Of a stretch of 64,000 nt of DNA, positions 50,575 through 63,668 are shown in pieces. Within the stretch, counting starts at the first letter, position 1. Each line of letters starts with the position of its first letter. Position numbers and translations under genes: made by a program. The notes beneath the pieces were generated by a model. The model was not told where the DNA came from, ran no database searches, and worked only from the letters and a program-made list of their open reading frames with translations. This DNA comes from Epiperipatus broadwayi (Eukaryota > Animalia > Onychophora), in contig JAQFVV010000005.1 in assembly GCA_028023455.1 (NCBI GenBank), positions 22,754,001 to 22,818,000 of the forward strand, read 5' to 3'.

Positions 50575-51760
50575 GTAGTGTCACCCAGTGCAAGCCTTAG
50601 TAATCAACAGATATAGGAAGGTTTGTGGATAAAATTCCAATCTAATGGCTACTCATCCAATATCCCCAGACTCGTTTGTAGCTTGCAGCTTTTATCAGTG
50701 AGGAGCTTTGGATCTGAGAGCAGTGCATCTAGATCTGAGGATTCAATACAATTCTCCAGCAGCCACCTTTTTCTTATATAGTTAGTTATAAAGCTAGGAG
50801 CTCAAAATGAAAGCACATTAATGTTTTCAGCCCCAAGCTCATTTGGCTGTAGTCATAGAGATCTGAACCCAGTTCATCGATGCATTTTGGTGTCCTTGAT
50901 TTATTAAAAACCACAGTGATCATCATCTCATAAGCAGGAATGGTATAAAACCACCAAAACATCACATGATCACCATTTCCTTTTCTTACACAAGCTGTTA
51001 TTAGCAATAAAAACTCTCCAGCCACCCAGTGCCAGCCTTAGTAATCAATGGATGCAGTAAGGTTTGTGCATAAAATTCCCATCTAGAACCTCCCAGACTA
51101 GTTTGCTAATGCTAATAACAGCTTGTGTACACAAAGGAAATGGTATTCCTGTGATGTTTTGATGGTTTTATATCATTTCTGCCTATGGAATGGTGGTGAT
51201 TGTGGCTTTTGATAAATCAAGGACACCAAAATTTATGGATGCTGAACTGGATTTGACTACATAGGCAAAACTCTCCATATAGTAGCGCCACTCAGAGCAA
51301 GCCAGAGTAATCAATGGATGCAGGAAAGTTTGTGAGTAAAATCCCTATCTAGTGCCTACTCATCCAATATCCCCAGACTAGTTTCTAGCTTGTGTAAGCA
51401 TAAAGAATGGTGATCATGTGATATTTGATGGTTTAATTATATAGGCAAATGAGCTTGGATTGAAAACATTAATGTGTTTTCATCTTGAATTCCTAGCTTT
51501 ATAGTCAACTAAATAGGTAAAAGGTTGCTGGAGATTATATTGGATCCTCAGATCTAGGTGCAGTGCTCTCAAATTCAAAGTGACTCACTGATGAAAGCTA
51601 CAAACTAGTCTGGGCATATTGAATGAGTAGGTACTAGATGGGAATTTTATACACAAACTTTCCTGCATTCATCGATTACTAAGGCTTGCACTGGGTGGCA
51701 CTACTGTATGAAGAGTCTTGTATAAGCAAAGGAAATGGTGATCATGTGATGTTTTGGTAA
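50575..51760. mobile_element. Nested/tandem cluster of hammerhead family B
   Basis: Outer arms 50575-50845/51446-51705, inner arms 50845-51005/51110-51261; direct repeat period 441 nt (50584 to 51025); mutated cores at 50664-50703 (-) and 51584-51614 (+). Confidence 0.85.
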
Positions 51761-52019
51761 TTTCGAATTTAGTGCAATTTTTTATGTGAATGTCAAAAAA
51801 TATTAATTTTTCTAAAATTTTGCTTAATTCAATTTAGATAAGTGATAGTTTGCAATATTTTGACAAAAGTTTACCTAGAAATGCAAAATAATATTGGTAT
51901 ATCAGCGCATCTTGCCTTCAAATCACTTTCTCACATAATATGATATATAAAATAGTGATAAAATTGAAATATCTTGTAATGGGAAGATTTTAATTACATT
52001 GTTAACTTTATTCAATGTA

Positions 52020-52775
52020 AAACCAGCAAGCATCACATGATCACATCTCCAATACTAGCACATAATAGTTTATAAACAAAGCAAAGCAAAACTCCATATA
52101 GTAGTGCCACCTGTGCTAAACAGAGTAATCAATGGATGCCAGAAGGCTTGTGCATAAAATCCCTATCTAATGCCTATTCATCCAATATCCCCAGACTAGT
52201 TTCTGGTTTGTGGCCTTCGTCAGTGAGGTTATCTTAATCAAACTGTTTCATTAGAATTTTGATCAAATTATAGAATTAATAATATAAATATTTTTTAACT
52301 TATTATTAAAAAGTGAATCAATTTTAGACTTTGATATTAAATATTAAGTATTTTGTGGAATCTTAAATAAATTTGTTGCAGATCATCAATTATCACATTG
52401 CAATAACGGCAGATTAAAGACTTCCTGCTGGTAGATTGATGCCCTCCCTACTCATAATATAGCAATAAAATGGGCCTGTAATTTGTATTTTATTAACAAT
52501 TAATTAAACATTTATAAATAGAATAAAATTAATAATAGAAAACATTAATATTAAAATAACAAAATCACAAAAAGTTCCAAAGTTAAAGTGAAAAATCTTA
52601 AAATAATAAATGCTCTTTAGTAGGCACTAGATGGGGATTTTATGCACAAGCCTTCTGGCATCCATTGATTACTCTGGTTGGCACTGAGTGGCACTACTGT
52701 ATGGGGAGTTTTGCCTGTTTTAATAACAATTATGTACTACCATAAGAAATGATGATCGTGATGTTTAGTGGTTTA
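52020..52775. mobile_element. Inverted pair of family B copies with AT-rich spacer
   Basis: ~52020-52228 and ~52616-52775 in opposite orientation. Confidence 0.8.
52189..52228 (-). ncRNA. Hammerhead motif family B, intact core (CUGACGA)
   Basis: CCUCA-CUGACGA-aGGc(cacaa)aCCa-GAAA-CUAGU-C/UGGGG. Confidence 0.62.
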
Positions 52776-55700
52776 AAATCAATAATGTTATTTTTTTTTT
52801 AATACTGTTAAGATAAATTATTATTCCATTTAAAGGATCATTAATAAAGAAGTATATATTTTTTCCTATTGTGATTAAAATTATCATCTCTTTTTCTTTT
52901 AAACAGTAGGCTAAGTAAAAATTAATTGGTGGCAAAAACAATCAAAAGCGAATTTGTATTTAATAAAAGATATTTTTCACATTTCTTTATACTGCTAATC
53001 TGAATTATTTAATTTTGAATGGTATGATGTATTTAGAATGTTTTGTGCAGTTTCTGTATTTATTTTTATTAATTGCAGTAAATTATTTGATATGTACAGA
53101 AGCCAGACTTTACGTAACCTAACTATACACTCATTAAATTATTTTAGAAATAATACACGAGGAAAGTTTTAAATTTAGTAATAAATTTATTTCTCTGAAT
53201 ATATAATACACCTTTACCCCGCTTAGCGATGGCAATTGGTCCTCCAAAACTCATCGTTAAGCAAGAATATCGTATACAGAATACGTATTTATAATGGGGG
53301 TCTATGGGAAAAAAATTGGTCGGTTCCAGTCGACGTAAAATATCCACATTGGTTTCCAAGCTCAAAGATTTTCTTGATTTTTTGATGGCAATGATGACTA
53401 AATACGGTATCTAAAAGAAAAGTTTTATATCACTAGGAAAAAAAATGCATATTTTCACTATTTAAAAAATACAGTACAGCAAAAAGAAAGAGAAAGTGAA
53501 ACTATATTTGAATTTAAGAGTTTTTATATTCTTCCACAGAAGTTTTTCATCGTAATGAAAAAAAAATCCATACTGAAGTGTATTTTTTTAAAATTTGTAT
53601 TTCAGTACTGTGCATTTATGTTTTTACTTATGTGAAATTATTCAAATTAAAAACAATGTTTAATTATAAATTATTTAATTGAACATAAAGACTTATTATT
53701 GTACTACAGAGTAACAAAAGGCTTAATGCTATCATAAGTCAGTCAACTTTAGAAAAAAAAAACTCAACTTATTTTATTTTAAAAGAAAAAAATCTGTTCT
53801 AATTTTCTAAAGCATACGCTAAGTTTATTTTTCTTATTGTATATTTTTACTAATGTAACAGTGCCCCCCCCCCCGCTCATGTAGAAAAATTATTCATTAA
53901 CACTTATTTTAAATGCAATCTGTTTTTCTTTTTAAATTTTTTTCTAATTCAACATTCTCATTTTAAAATGTTGTTTTTCTTTTGATTTGAAATCACTTGG
54001 GTGTACGTAATGAAGGAACACACACACACACAATTAATATTAGTGTTTTCCTGAAAGTTTGTGATGATGGTATTTTAGTTGTACTGTCTAGAAAAATTAA
54101 TCTTTATTTAAATAATCCAAGTACTGTACATTATATTTAAATAAAGATTTAATTTTTCTAAAGACATTCAACACTTATATGTATATAGTATTATAGATTC
54201 AGTAATTATATATAAGTTTATACGTTTTATAATCAAAATACTGAATGCAGCACTAACATTGTGCTTTATGAATAAAATGTATGTGCTATACAATTACAGC
54301 AAGTCATTACCAGTGGCACAAAATTCAAGATGGCTGCCAACAAAAAATTTTTTTTTAATTTTCCCGATCATTATAGTGAATAATCGATTGTAAATCGAAG
54401 TAGTGGGTACAAATTGATGATCGCTATTGTGAAATATCGCTAAATGGGGTAAAGGTGTATTAGTAAAATGTTAGTATTTTAACTAGTGGTCGCTGGCTAA
54501 ATCCATGCATGCACAGTTCTTTGCAGGGTTGAACTAAAATGCTGCATTTTTCTTATTACCTTTATTTTACTTTGTTAACTCTTCTCCATTAACTTTTCAT
54601 TTAAATGCTTTCTTCATCATATTGCCCTACTCATGTACTGCTATTTTGCAAGCACAATACTACTCATGTGCACTGAACTGACCTATCATATTTCTAGATA
54701 GTCAGTATCTTTCTTACATGATCTAATTTGTGTAAGTACTTTCATTATTGTCTTCTTGCAAATAAGCATATCTAGGATATTTTTGTATTTGCCTAACTTT
54801 ATTTATTTTACATATTATTTTTTTCTAAAGTGAATTTTAATGTCTTTTAACAGTGACTAACTTTACCCACACACACACTCATGTTGCAACTTCTTTTTTT
54901 TATATATACATTCATGTTATACAGCTTTTCCTGGTCAAATATAACAATTCTTTACATTCACGGTAGAAATAAGTCTATTAATTCACAAGAAGTAATCCTG
55001 TAATTTTTTAGGTAAATGACAATCCCTGGCAGGTCTTGGTAATACACCTGGATCTCGTTTTATGCGATAGATAGGTTCCTCAGAAAATGCGCACAAAAGA
55101 AATTGCACAAAAATAGACTTAACTTACCTTGAAAAATGGGAGATATGTACTGTAATTTTCCAAAAATCGCATAAAAGCAAAGCAGCAACGTAAAATTACT
55201 TTAAAATTTACATAAAAAAAAAAATAAGAAAATAAAATATGACTAATAAAAAATTTCAAATTTGAAAAAAATTGATATAAGACAAACTTTTTTTATTAAC
55301 TACAGTATTTAATTTTATTCAAAACAATATATTTTTATGTGTAATTTATATTTTTTTCATACATGTACGTTATTTTAATAATTATCGCTATTTGAGACAT
55401 CAGATTCGTCACAAGAGGATATACAACTAGCGCCAACTTCATTTTTTTAAATTGGTCTTATAGTGGATTCACCCAAACTAAAACATTTTTTAATCGCTGT
55501 TGATCCTTCACATTTCACTAAGCGATCTAAAATTGACCGTTAGAGTAAACTAAAAGTTTAAAATAAAAATAAGAACTTAGACTTATGATAATAAAAAGAC
55601 ATTGACTCACCACTGTTGGGCAAAATTTAATTAAAACTAACAATTAAAAATTAAATTCTTATTTTTATCTTTAATTTTCAATTCCATTTAAAAATCAAAT

Positions 55701-55815
55701 TTTATCGTTTCACATCACATTACGTAATTTTTAAATTGTTAATTACAATTAAAAATCAGATTTTAATTGTCAAATTTAATTGTGCCCACCACTGTTACTC
55801 ACCTTTTAAAAATAA

Positions 55816-56025
55816 ACTTGCAGACACTAAATGATTAATTGATTACGTACTCTTTTTTTAAAAAGCAAAAATATAACGTGATTTAAAATGCAAAAACAAC
55901 AATATACTTCGTATAGGCATCTATAACATTAGAACAGATTTACATTATAATCTTGTAAAATTTATTACTTGCAGACACTAAATGATTAATTGATTACGTA
56001 CTCTTTTTTAAAAAAAGCAAAAATA
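55816..56025 (+). repeat. ~59-bp direct repeat (55816-55873, 55967-56025)
   Basis: acttgcagacactaaatgattaattgattacgtactc... occurs twice. Confidence 0.85.
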
Positions 56026-56102
56026 GACATACATAGACATTTTTTAGTGGCAAGGTTTTGATTTTCAGCTCCGATCTATTTCATTAAAAGTTTTCTGTGA
56101 AA

Positions 56103-57180
56103 TCACTGATACTTGACTTCCTGAGTCAAGCAGTGCATTAACTGCTGTTCCTTCAATTCTTCTATTTTAGGACATATCTGAGGTGTCATTCTCAACTCCT
56201 CCCTCTTTTCATTTTGTATCAAGTTTGCTACTTGCCCATGAGTATCCTCGGCATTCCCCTCTTTCCTCTGATTTTCCTCATACTGTCTATCACTATCCAT
56301 GAATATCTCTGCGGTTTGTTCTATGGTATCCTTCCCCATTATTATCTCTTGAATGTTTTCTGGGAAACCCCACCTTATTATACACAGGATCTGTTGTTCA
56401 GATAGCTTTATGTTGTAACCCTTCTTAGTTTTGCCACTTGATTGTGAAAAAACATGCTTAATGACTCCCCTGTTTTCCATTTGTCCTGTGCTACCTGATG
56501 CTTAACAATCTTCTGATGTCTCTCCCCCCAATAGCTTGCCAGCATCGCTTGTTTGTATTCCTCAAAGTTCATTGTTTTTATTTCCATTGACTTCCACCAA
56601 ATTTCAGCCTCATCCTGTATGTAGCTACTGGCTATACTAACTTTAACCAATTCACTGAATTCATTAAATGAGAAAAACCATTCCAAGCTCTCTAAGTGTC
56701 TATTCGGTATTTCCCCTCTGTTTCCCTAGAAAGTCTTTATTTTTATAACCCGGCTCGCCATTTCCATTTCACAACTAATCTATCTAGTTTTATTTAAACA
56801 ATAAAATTCCTTTTCTCTATTTTAAAACGTATGTACAACCAATCCTAACACTCTTAGTTCTACTTTTGTTCTTCCTGTTTGTCTGTCATAATTTGCCAAA
56901 GTGTCCCCTTTCTTTCTTTTTTTTAACGATTATGCCTCCATGTTTATATGGTCATATAAAATCACTTTTTATTGGTTGTGCTAATTTAAGCGGTTCTCTA
57001 AAACAATACTATCACGCTCTCTAACTTAAATTGATCGCTCTCTAACATTCCTTCTCAATAACTGTCACTTATGTTAGTTACGGCTGACTTTGGCCACGCC
57101 ATTTGAAATGTCCAGTTACAGCCCATGTCAGTCCTGCCATTTAAAACATCCAGTTTTGGCCCACGTTGACACGCCAATTG
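56103..57180 (-). mobile_element. Ty3/gypsy-type LTR retrotransposon gag fragment with PBS-like sequence
   Basis: MEWFFSFNEFSELVKVSIASSYIQDEAEIWWKS...FEEYKQAMLASYWG retrotransposon capsid pattern; TGGCGTGTCAACGTGGGCC (57158-57176, -) after ...TTCA-AT. Confidence 0.7.
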
Positions 57181-59894
57181 AACTGCCCACCTTAATCCTT
57201 TAATAAGAATAAAGAATATGTATATACTTTTGTATTTCCCTTATTAACAAACTTCTATCTCTGAAGGTTTCTGGTCCTTCTAGGTGGAGTGAACAATATC
57301 ATTAGTAACAAACCACCAATAACATAAACACTCTGCTACTAAATTAAAACACTGGCCATCCAAACACTTTATTTATTTTAAAGGAGATCCCTTAGGCGCC
57401 AGTTAATCATGAAGTAATTAACATGTCTGCTCGACCAGCAATCAATCTAGTACCTGAAATCCCAGCTAGCTCATAGAAGTATAGCTGTCTTAGAAATCTC
57501 TGCTCATTCTAACATTCTATTTCTTAATATTAAAAAATTTACTCTCCGCACAATAAAACTTTTGCGTCATTCAAAATCCTTATTTTAAAAGATACTCCCA
57601 ATTCTTTTAGCTTCAACTTAAATCACTTCTTAATAATGACTAAATATTTCAATCCCTGCCCTATTTCCATAAATTAAACATATTATTTCATAGTAAATGT
57701 GTACGTTCTTTCTTTTAACATAAATATTTCAATAACATTTTAAATCTCGCTCTTTTTTCTTAAATGAGCATTTTATACCTCATTAAAAGCATATGATCGT
57801 TCTAGTAATAAAAATATCAATACTAATTTAACCCCTGCTCTCTTTTCTTAAAATAATCGCTTTGTCTCATAATACAACTACACACACTCTTTTCATTTAA
57901 ATAAATATTTTATTACATTTGAAACAAAATAAAAAATACAAAATATATTTAATTAAAATTCGCACACACACACACACAATTAATAACTCTGAATAAACGT
58001 TGGACAATGGAGCTAATATAATTTATACCCTGCAGATAATAGTTCATAAGAAGTTAAAAGTTTTTGTTTTTTTATTCACTTATCTACCATGGTTTATAAA
58101 TCAAGAATTGGAGAATAAGAAAAATGAAATGTTATCTGGGATTTGAATTTGATTTGACGTGAGTATGATAAAATGTAGCTTTTGTAATTTGTTGGTTACA
58201 ACTGGTTAGCACTAATTCCTTGTAGATCTTTCCTTAATTTGTGATATTATATGAACTCTCATGGATCTCGGCCTGGACACTCTGCTGTTCCTTAGACTTC
58301 ACCCGAACATAGTTTGTTCTTTGAACTATCTGCTGATGGTGCTGCAGAGAAGGCCCAGGCCAGCCACATGATTTTTTTCAAATAGTAGCTTCTGCACTTT
58401 TCTGGAATCAATCAGTTTGTTATCCAATTTATTTCTGATTAAATTTCTTTCTACTTTCGTTAATGCTTTATTTGATCCAATTTATTTCCGATCAACTTTA
58501 TTTTTTAATTGAATTAATAATAATTTATTAACCTTTTTTATTTCTTTTATATCTAATATAACAATACAAAGTTCTTTCTTATACCGGACACTTCTTATCT
58601 TGCGATCCATCGTACATTCTATTTTGGTCCGATTGGACTTCTGTTTCTTTTATTTAAAGTCTCTGATCCTTTCCATTGGTTGTGGGTTTAAGTGAGTAGT
58701 AATATTTAGTTTCTTTGTTATTTTTTTTCTTAGCCGCTCAATTAGATTTCTTTTTGTTTTATTGCATTAGCTCTCCATTGTCTTAAAATTCCTTTCCTTT
58801 ATTCAAAATCTATTTATACACGCACACATTCAATCCTTTTATTATAAGACAAAATGAACTCCCTTTTTTTTTTTTACTTTTTTTTATTACGAATTAATTA
58901 AAAGTAATATTAAATCATTGTTTATTTCAATTCCTTTTTTTTTTCTTTTATTTCTAAAATCTTACCCTCCTTTTAAAATCATTTATTTTCTTTCTTTAAC
59001 AATAAGGGGCCCCCCCCCCCCCCCCCCCCCATCCTAATCTTTTGTTCTAAACTTTTAAAACTTTTATTTTACTTTGATTTTTAAAACAAAATTTCCTAAC
59101 TATTTTTACTTTTAAAAAATACTAAAACACTGTGTCATGATGTACCTCGGTACAATATATTTAACCTTTGTAGTAACTTTTTGTATAGAATATTTTCAGG
59201 TCACACAGTCAACTACTTGAAGTACATCCTTTACCAACAATTATGTAAGAGTAGTAGTTTATTATTGTGTATCTTTCGACATGATTAACATATATTTACC
59301 ATAATTCTGGTTTGTTTACATTGAATGGTGTTATCATACTATTCTGTATTGCCATGAAGTCAATGGTGCTTTAGATAGGTTCTTGAGATTATGCTTACTG
59401 ACATGTCAACTGTGCCAAAAGATTAGTATAGAGGTCAGACTTTACCTAAGATAGCTCTACACTCATTAAATTATTTTAGAAATAATACACAAAGAAAGTT
59501 TTAAACATAACAAGATTATTACTTAGAATATATTCTTAGTATTGTAAGTAGCAGCCTGCTAGTTGAATTCTGTAAATTAAATCTGTCTCAATCTTGGCAT
59601 GCACAGTTCTTTTTTTATCGTGTTGAACTATAACTGCATATTTCTTATCCTGTTGACTGTGCCACCTAATATGATCAGGGCCAGACTATAATCTGGCAGC
59701 CAGACAATTATATAAATTAATAAAATGAATAACACAAGTTTAATACATAATTTCAAAAGTTTATTTACTCTGAATAATAATATTAGTAGAAAGGATTAGT
59801 AAATCAACTGGCAACTTGCTAGTTAAAAATATCACTTCTAGAATATTTATGGACCTGAGACTTGTACACTTAACAAAAGAATAATTCAAAGACT

Positions 59895-60235
59895 TCATAT
59901 CATTCACAATTGAGAATATCAAGAAGAAATCTAAAGTGAAATACTTATATGAGAGAACAAGTAGATATAGTCAACATCAATGAAAAATTAAAAGACTAAA
60001 ATGGTGTTGGGCTGAACATACTGGTAAAAGTGATGGTTAATAAATGGACAGCTGAAGTTTTAAATTGGATCTCAAAAGATTGTAAAAGATCTAGAAAGAG
60101 ATTATGTGTGAGATTAATGGATGAAATAAAGTTTGCTGTTATGATGTGGAGAAGATAGGGTTAGAGAAACTGGATTAAATTTGTATCACTGTCATCCCAC
60201 AGCAGATTGATAATAGTCAAAAATGCTGATGACTT
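59895..60235 (+). mobile_element. Decayed RTE LINE 3' fragment (same family as 52-484)
   Basis: aaattaaaagact.aa.tgg..ttgggctg and aaagattgtaaaagatc shared with the 52-484 copy. Confidence 0.75.
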
Positions 60236-60319
60236 AAAGAATATTTGTTGTTGTTTTTTTTTTGTCTGATTGATAAATCAATGTTGATATAAGAGTTTTT
60301 GTGAATTTGTTGAAATAAT

Positions 60320-60590
60320 ATATAGGGTATATGAGCACAGACTTTTACACGACCTACCACTCTCCACTATCTCATAACACTGATACACTTGAACACATAT
60401 ATGTTGAAAAGATAAATAATCACCAATATACGTATTTCATGCTAAACCAGCAATCATCAGTTGGTGTGTTCAAGTGTATCAGTGTTATGAGATAGTGTGG
60501 AGAGTGGTGGGTCATGTGAAAGTCTGTGCTCATATACCCTATATATTACATATATAAACACAGGTATATAATAAGTCTGTGTGTTTCAGT
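60320..60590. mobile_element. Head-to-head inverted family E insertion
   Basis: 60320-60466 (-) and 60465-60590 (+). Confidence 0.85.
60421..60466 (-). ncRNA. Minimal hammerhead motif, family E, intact
   Basis: (C)ACCAA-CUGAUGA-uUGCU(gguuu)AGCAu-GAAA-UACGUAU-A/UUGGU(G); perfect 8-nt stem III palindrome AUACGUAU. Confidence 0.75.
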
Positions 60591-62141
60591 TATGAAATGA
60601 TTCTAGTAAATTTGAATTGTTAATATCATAAGCTCATTTGAAATAAGTTTCTCCATAAATATTGTGTATTCTTAGCTCTACATATTATTTATTTATGATG
60701 ATGTTAAAATTATTAGAATGCACGCACATATATTCATAACTTTTTTACAAATAAGTCAAGAATACATTACTAAAATAATTAACTAGCAAGATTTCTAAAG
60801 AATATTTAATCCGGTAATTATATAAGAAAAGGTGGCCATTGTTTGCAAATCCATTTAAATTATCGTTTAGGAATATTACTAGTGAATTATTTTAATAACG
60901 CATTTGGACACGTTTATTCTATAAATGCTTTTATACTCCTGTCAGTGTTATATATTTAATAAGCCTTAAAATTATTTATATGGTCATTAGAATCCTCTTT
61001 TATATACAGACATACATATAATTTATTTATTTGTAGATTATTTAAATATAAATGCGTTGCCTGCATCTGAGTACACACGTAAACATAAATGAAATGCACC
61101 ATTCCACACTCTAATATATATCTATAATTGTTCATTTAAAGGCATTTCACCAACCTCTGATTGCTATTGGCAACAACTCTGCATTTATAATCCCGACAAC
61201 GGTAACGTAACGGGCGGTTAATTCTTATAACCATTGCAATTATATTGTTATTGTAAATAGATGAAATAAATGTTTTGACTAGTTATAATTCAGTTATTTA
61301 TTAGCCGGAAAACATTTTCTGGTTTTAATAAAACATATTTCCAATAATTTTAATAGTTACTGGATTGATTTGATCGGTGGTTTTTTTCGAGCTCTGTAAA
61401 TTATCAAGACTGCATAATTAATACACGGCTTAGATACACATTAGTTTTTCTCTTCTTGTATAGACTTATTTCAACTGTGAATTGAAACAAAGAACATCTT
61501 TATATTGACTCCGTTATTCAAATCATTGTTATCGTGTTATTTATGTAAACATTCAATATTACAATGTTTTTAGTATAATATATTTGAAAAACTTTTGTTA
61601 TTTGTGTTTTTATATATAATTCGTAATTATTGTTATATATTTTCTTTGTGCGTTAAATATTTTCAAGTGATCACATTTATTTTTTTATGAATTAAAATTT
61701 GTATTTCATATATTTCTCTTAAGTTAAATTTAAATGAAATTACAAACCTCTTTTTTTTCTCTATTAATTTATGTTAAAAAACAGGTTAGTAATTTGATTT
61801 AATGCTTATTGTAAAAAATAAAATAAACAATTTAAATATAATTTATAAATTTTGACAAATATATTCTTTCATTAAAGATTTCATACAAAAACGATGAAAA
61901 AAAAAATATCCACGAGTTATATTATAAAAATATATATTGGGAGTTTAAATAATCAATCAATATAAATTTGATATTCTTTTTCTCCTTTAAATATTTGTAT
62001 ATAAATGGAAAAAAACTAACTTCGATAAAAAATAGCGTACAAAAACTTTTCCTAGACTTAATAGACACTAGGTGACAATACTTTGTGTTATATTTATATA
62101 AAAAGAGGAACTATTTGATAGTTGAAATTAGAATAAGAATT

Positions 62142-62430
62142 AAAATAGGCAAAACTCTCTCCATACAGTAGTGCCACTCAAAGCAAGACAGAGTAATCAA
62201 TGGATGCCAGAAGGCTTGTGCATAAAATCCCTATCTAGTGCCTATTCATCCAATATCTAGTTTGGGGATATTGGATGAGTAGCACTAGATAGGGATTTTA
62301 TGCACAAACCTTCTGGCATCTATTGATTACTCTGTCTTGCTTTCAGTGGCACTACTGTATGGAGTAAGTTTTGCCTATTTTAACAAGTTATGAGCAAGCG
62401 TGGGAGATAGCGATCATGTGATGTTTAAGG
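62142..62430. mobile_element. Palindromic family B insertion with 13-bp TSD
   Basis: Arms ~62142-62257 and ~62257-62382; TSD tagaataagaatt at 62129-62141 and 62431-62443. Confidence 0.88.
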
Positions 62431-63492
62431 TAGAATAAGAATTGTATAATATAAATGTAATCACCGGTAACATAAAAGTTGGAAATCAAAAAAGCACATT
62501 GTTTTCAAAGAAAAAGTAAAGTACTCCAGAAGAAAAGATAAGAAATAATTAATAATAGAAAAAGGTTGGCTTAAAGAAATAAAAACAAACGTATAGTCGT
62601 TTATTTAATAAGAAATAATTAATTACAGAATTTTGGCATGCTAAAGTCCTGTTTGTTAACGAAATAATCGTGGTAAGAAAAAATATAAATTAAAACTTGA
62701 AAAGATTTTGTTTGGGATTAAATTAAAATTCACTCATTAAATCTGTATGTCGAGATTTAATTAGTGTGAGGATAAGAATGTAGTGGCGTGTAAATAGGGA
62801 AAAATTGTTGCTACAATTGTTTTGTGTCTTCATTGTTTTTCATGTGAGATGTCGAGCAAGATCGCGTGAGTGTTAGCCGCAGTCACCGATGAGTTTCCTA
62901 TCCCAGGCACCAGTTACTTGAAAATTAATGAGCTGGTTAGGATTCCATACAGATCGCCCTGAGCTTATTATTATTTTTTATTCGCCTGAAAAGGCTCGCA
63001 GAGGAATTACCACCAGAGGGTAATATGATTTTATTTTGTCACTTAGACTTTTAATTAATATTGTGGATTGAGACATTAGAACTATCTATAGTAAAATATA
63101 TCTATAGGTATAGATGTGCAGAACAGTATTGAGATTGAATTCTAAATGTTTCAGTTGTGTGGATTGCATAGTGATATATATTTTGTCTATTTATTCAATA
63201 AATAAATAAATTTTCATTATATTGGATATTTGAAATTATTTAATTCTCACTTATCGTATTTTGCTGTGATCTGTTACATTTTTTTTGTTAACAGATATAT
63301 AGCACTATGTAATATCTATATCTCCAAAACATTTTTTTTTTTTTTTATCAGTAAGGAATCAGGATTCAAAGCTGGAATTAATGTGTTTGTGCATCTAGAA
63401 GGCGTTGAAATTTAAAACGTATGATAGATTCTTCTAAAGAACAAACATCAATTTTCTTGGGAATATGATTGAAATAAAATCTATTTTTGGTA

Positions 63493-63668
63493 GTCTTCGG
63501 TTAGCTTTGCTACCAGCTAGCTGGTGGAATGTTCCTGTGCTTACGCATGGGGAACAGCTCCACCTAGCGGCTGGAACAAGCATTGCTGCTTTTGGCCCCT
63601 ACTATGGATATTTCTGTGTGTTTACACAGAAACCGCCTCTAGCGGCAGGGGTACAGCTAATCGAAGAC
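63493..63668. mobile_element. Short MITE-like element (14-bp TIR, subterminal ctagcggc repeats)
   Basis: gtcttcggttagct vs the reverse complement of agctaatcgaagac. Confidence 0.5.

Noticed and set aside
62880-62935. ccgatgag...gaaa hammerhead-like motif
   Set aside because: Core mismatch and no consistent stems.
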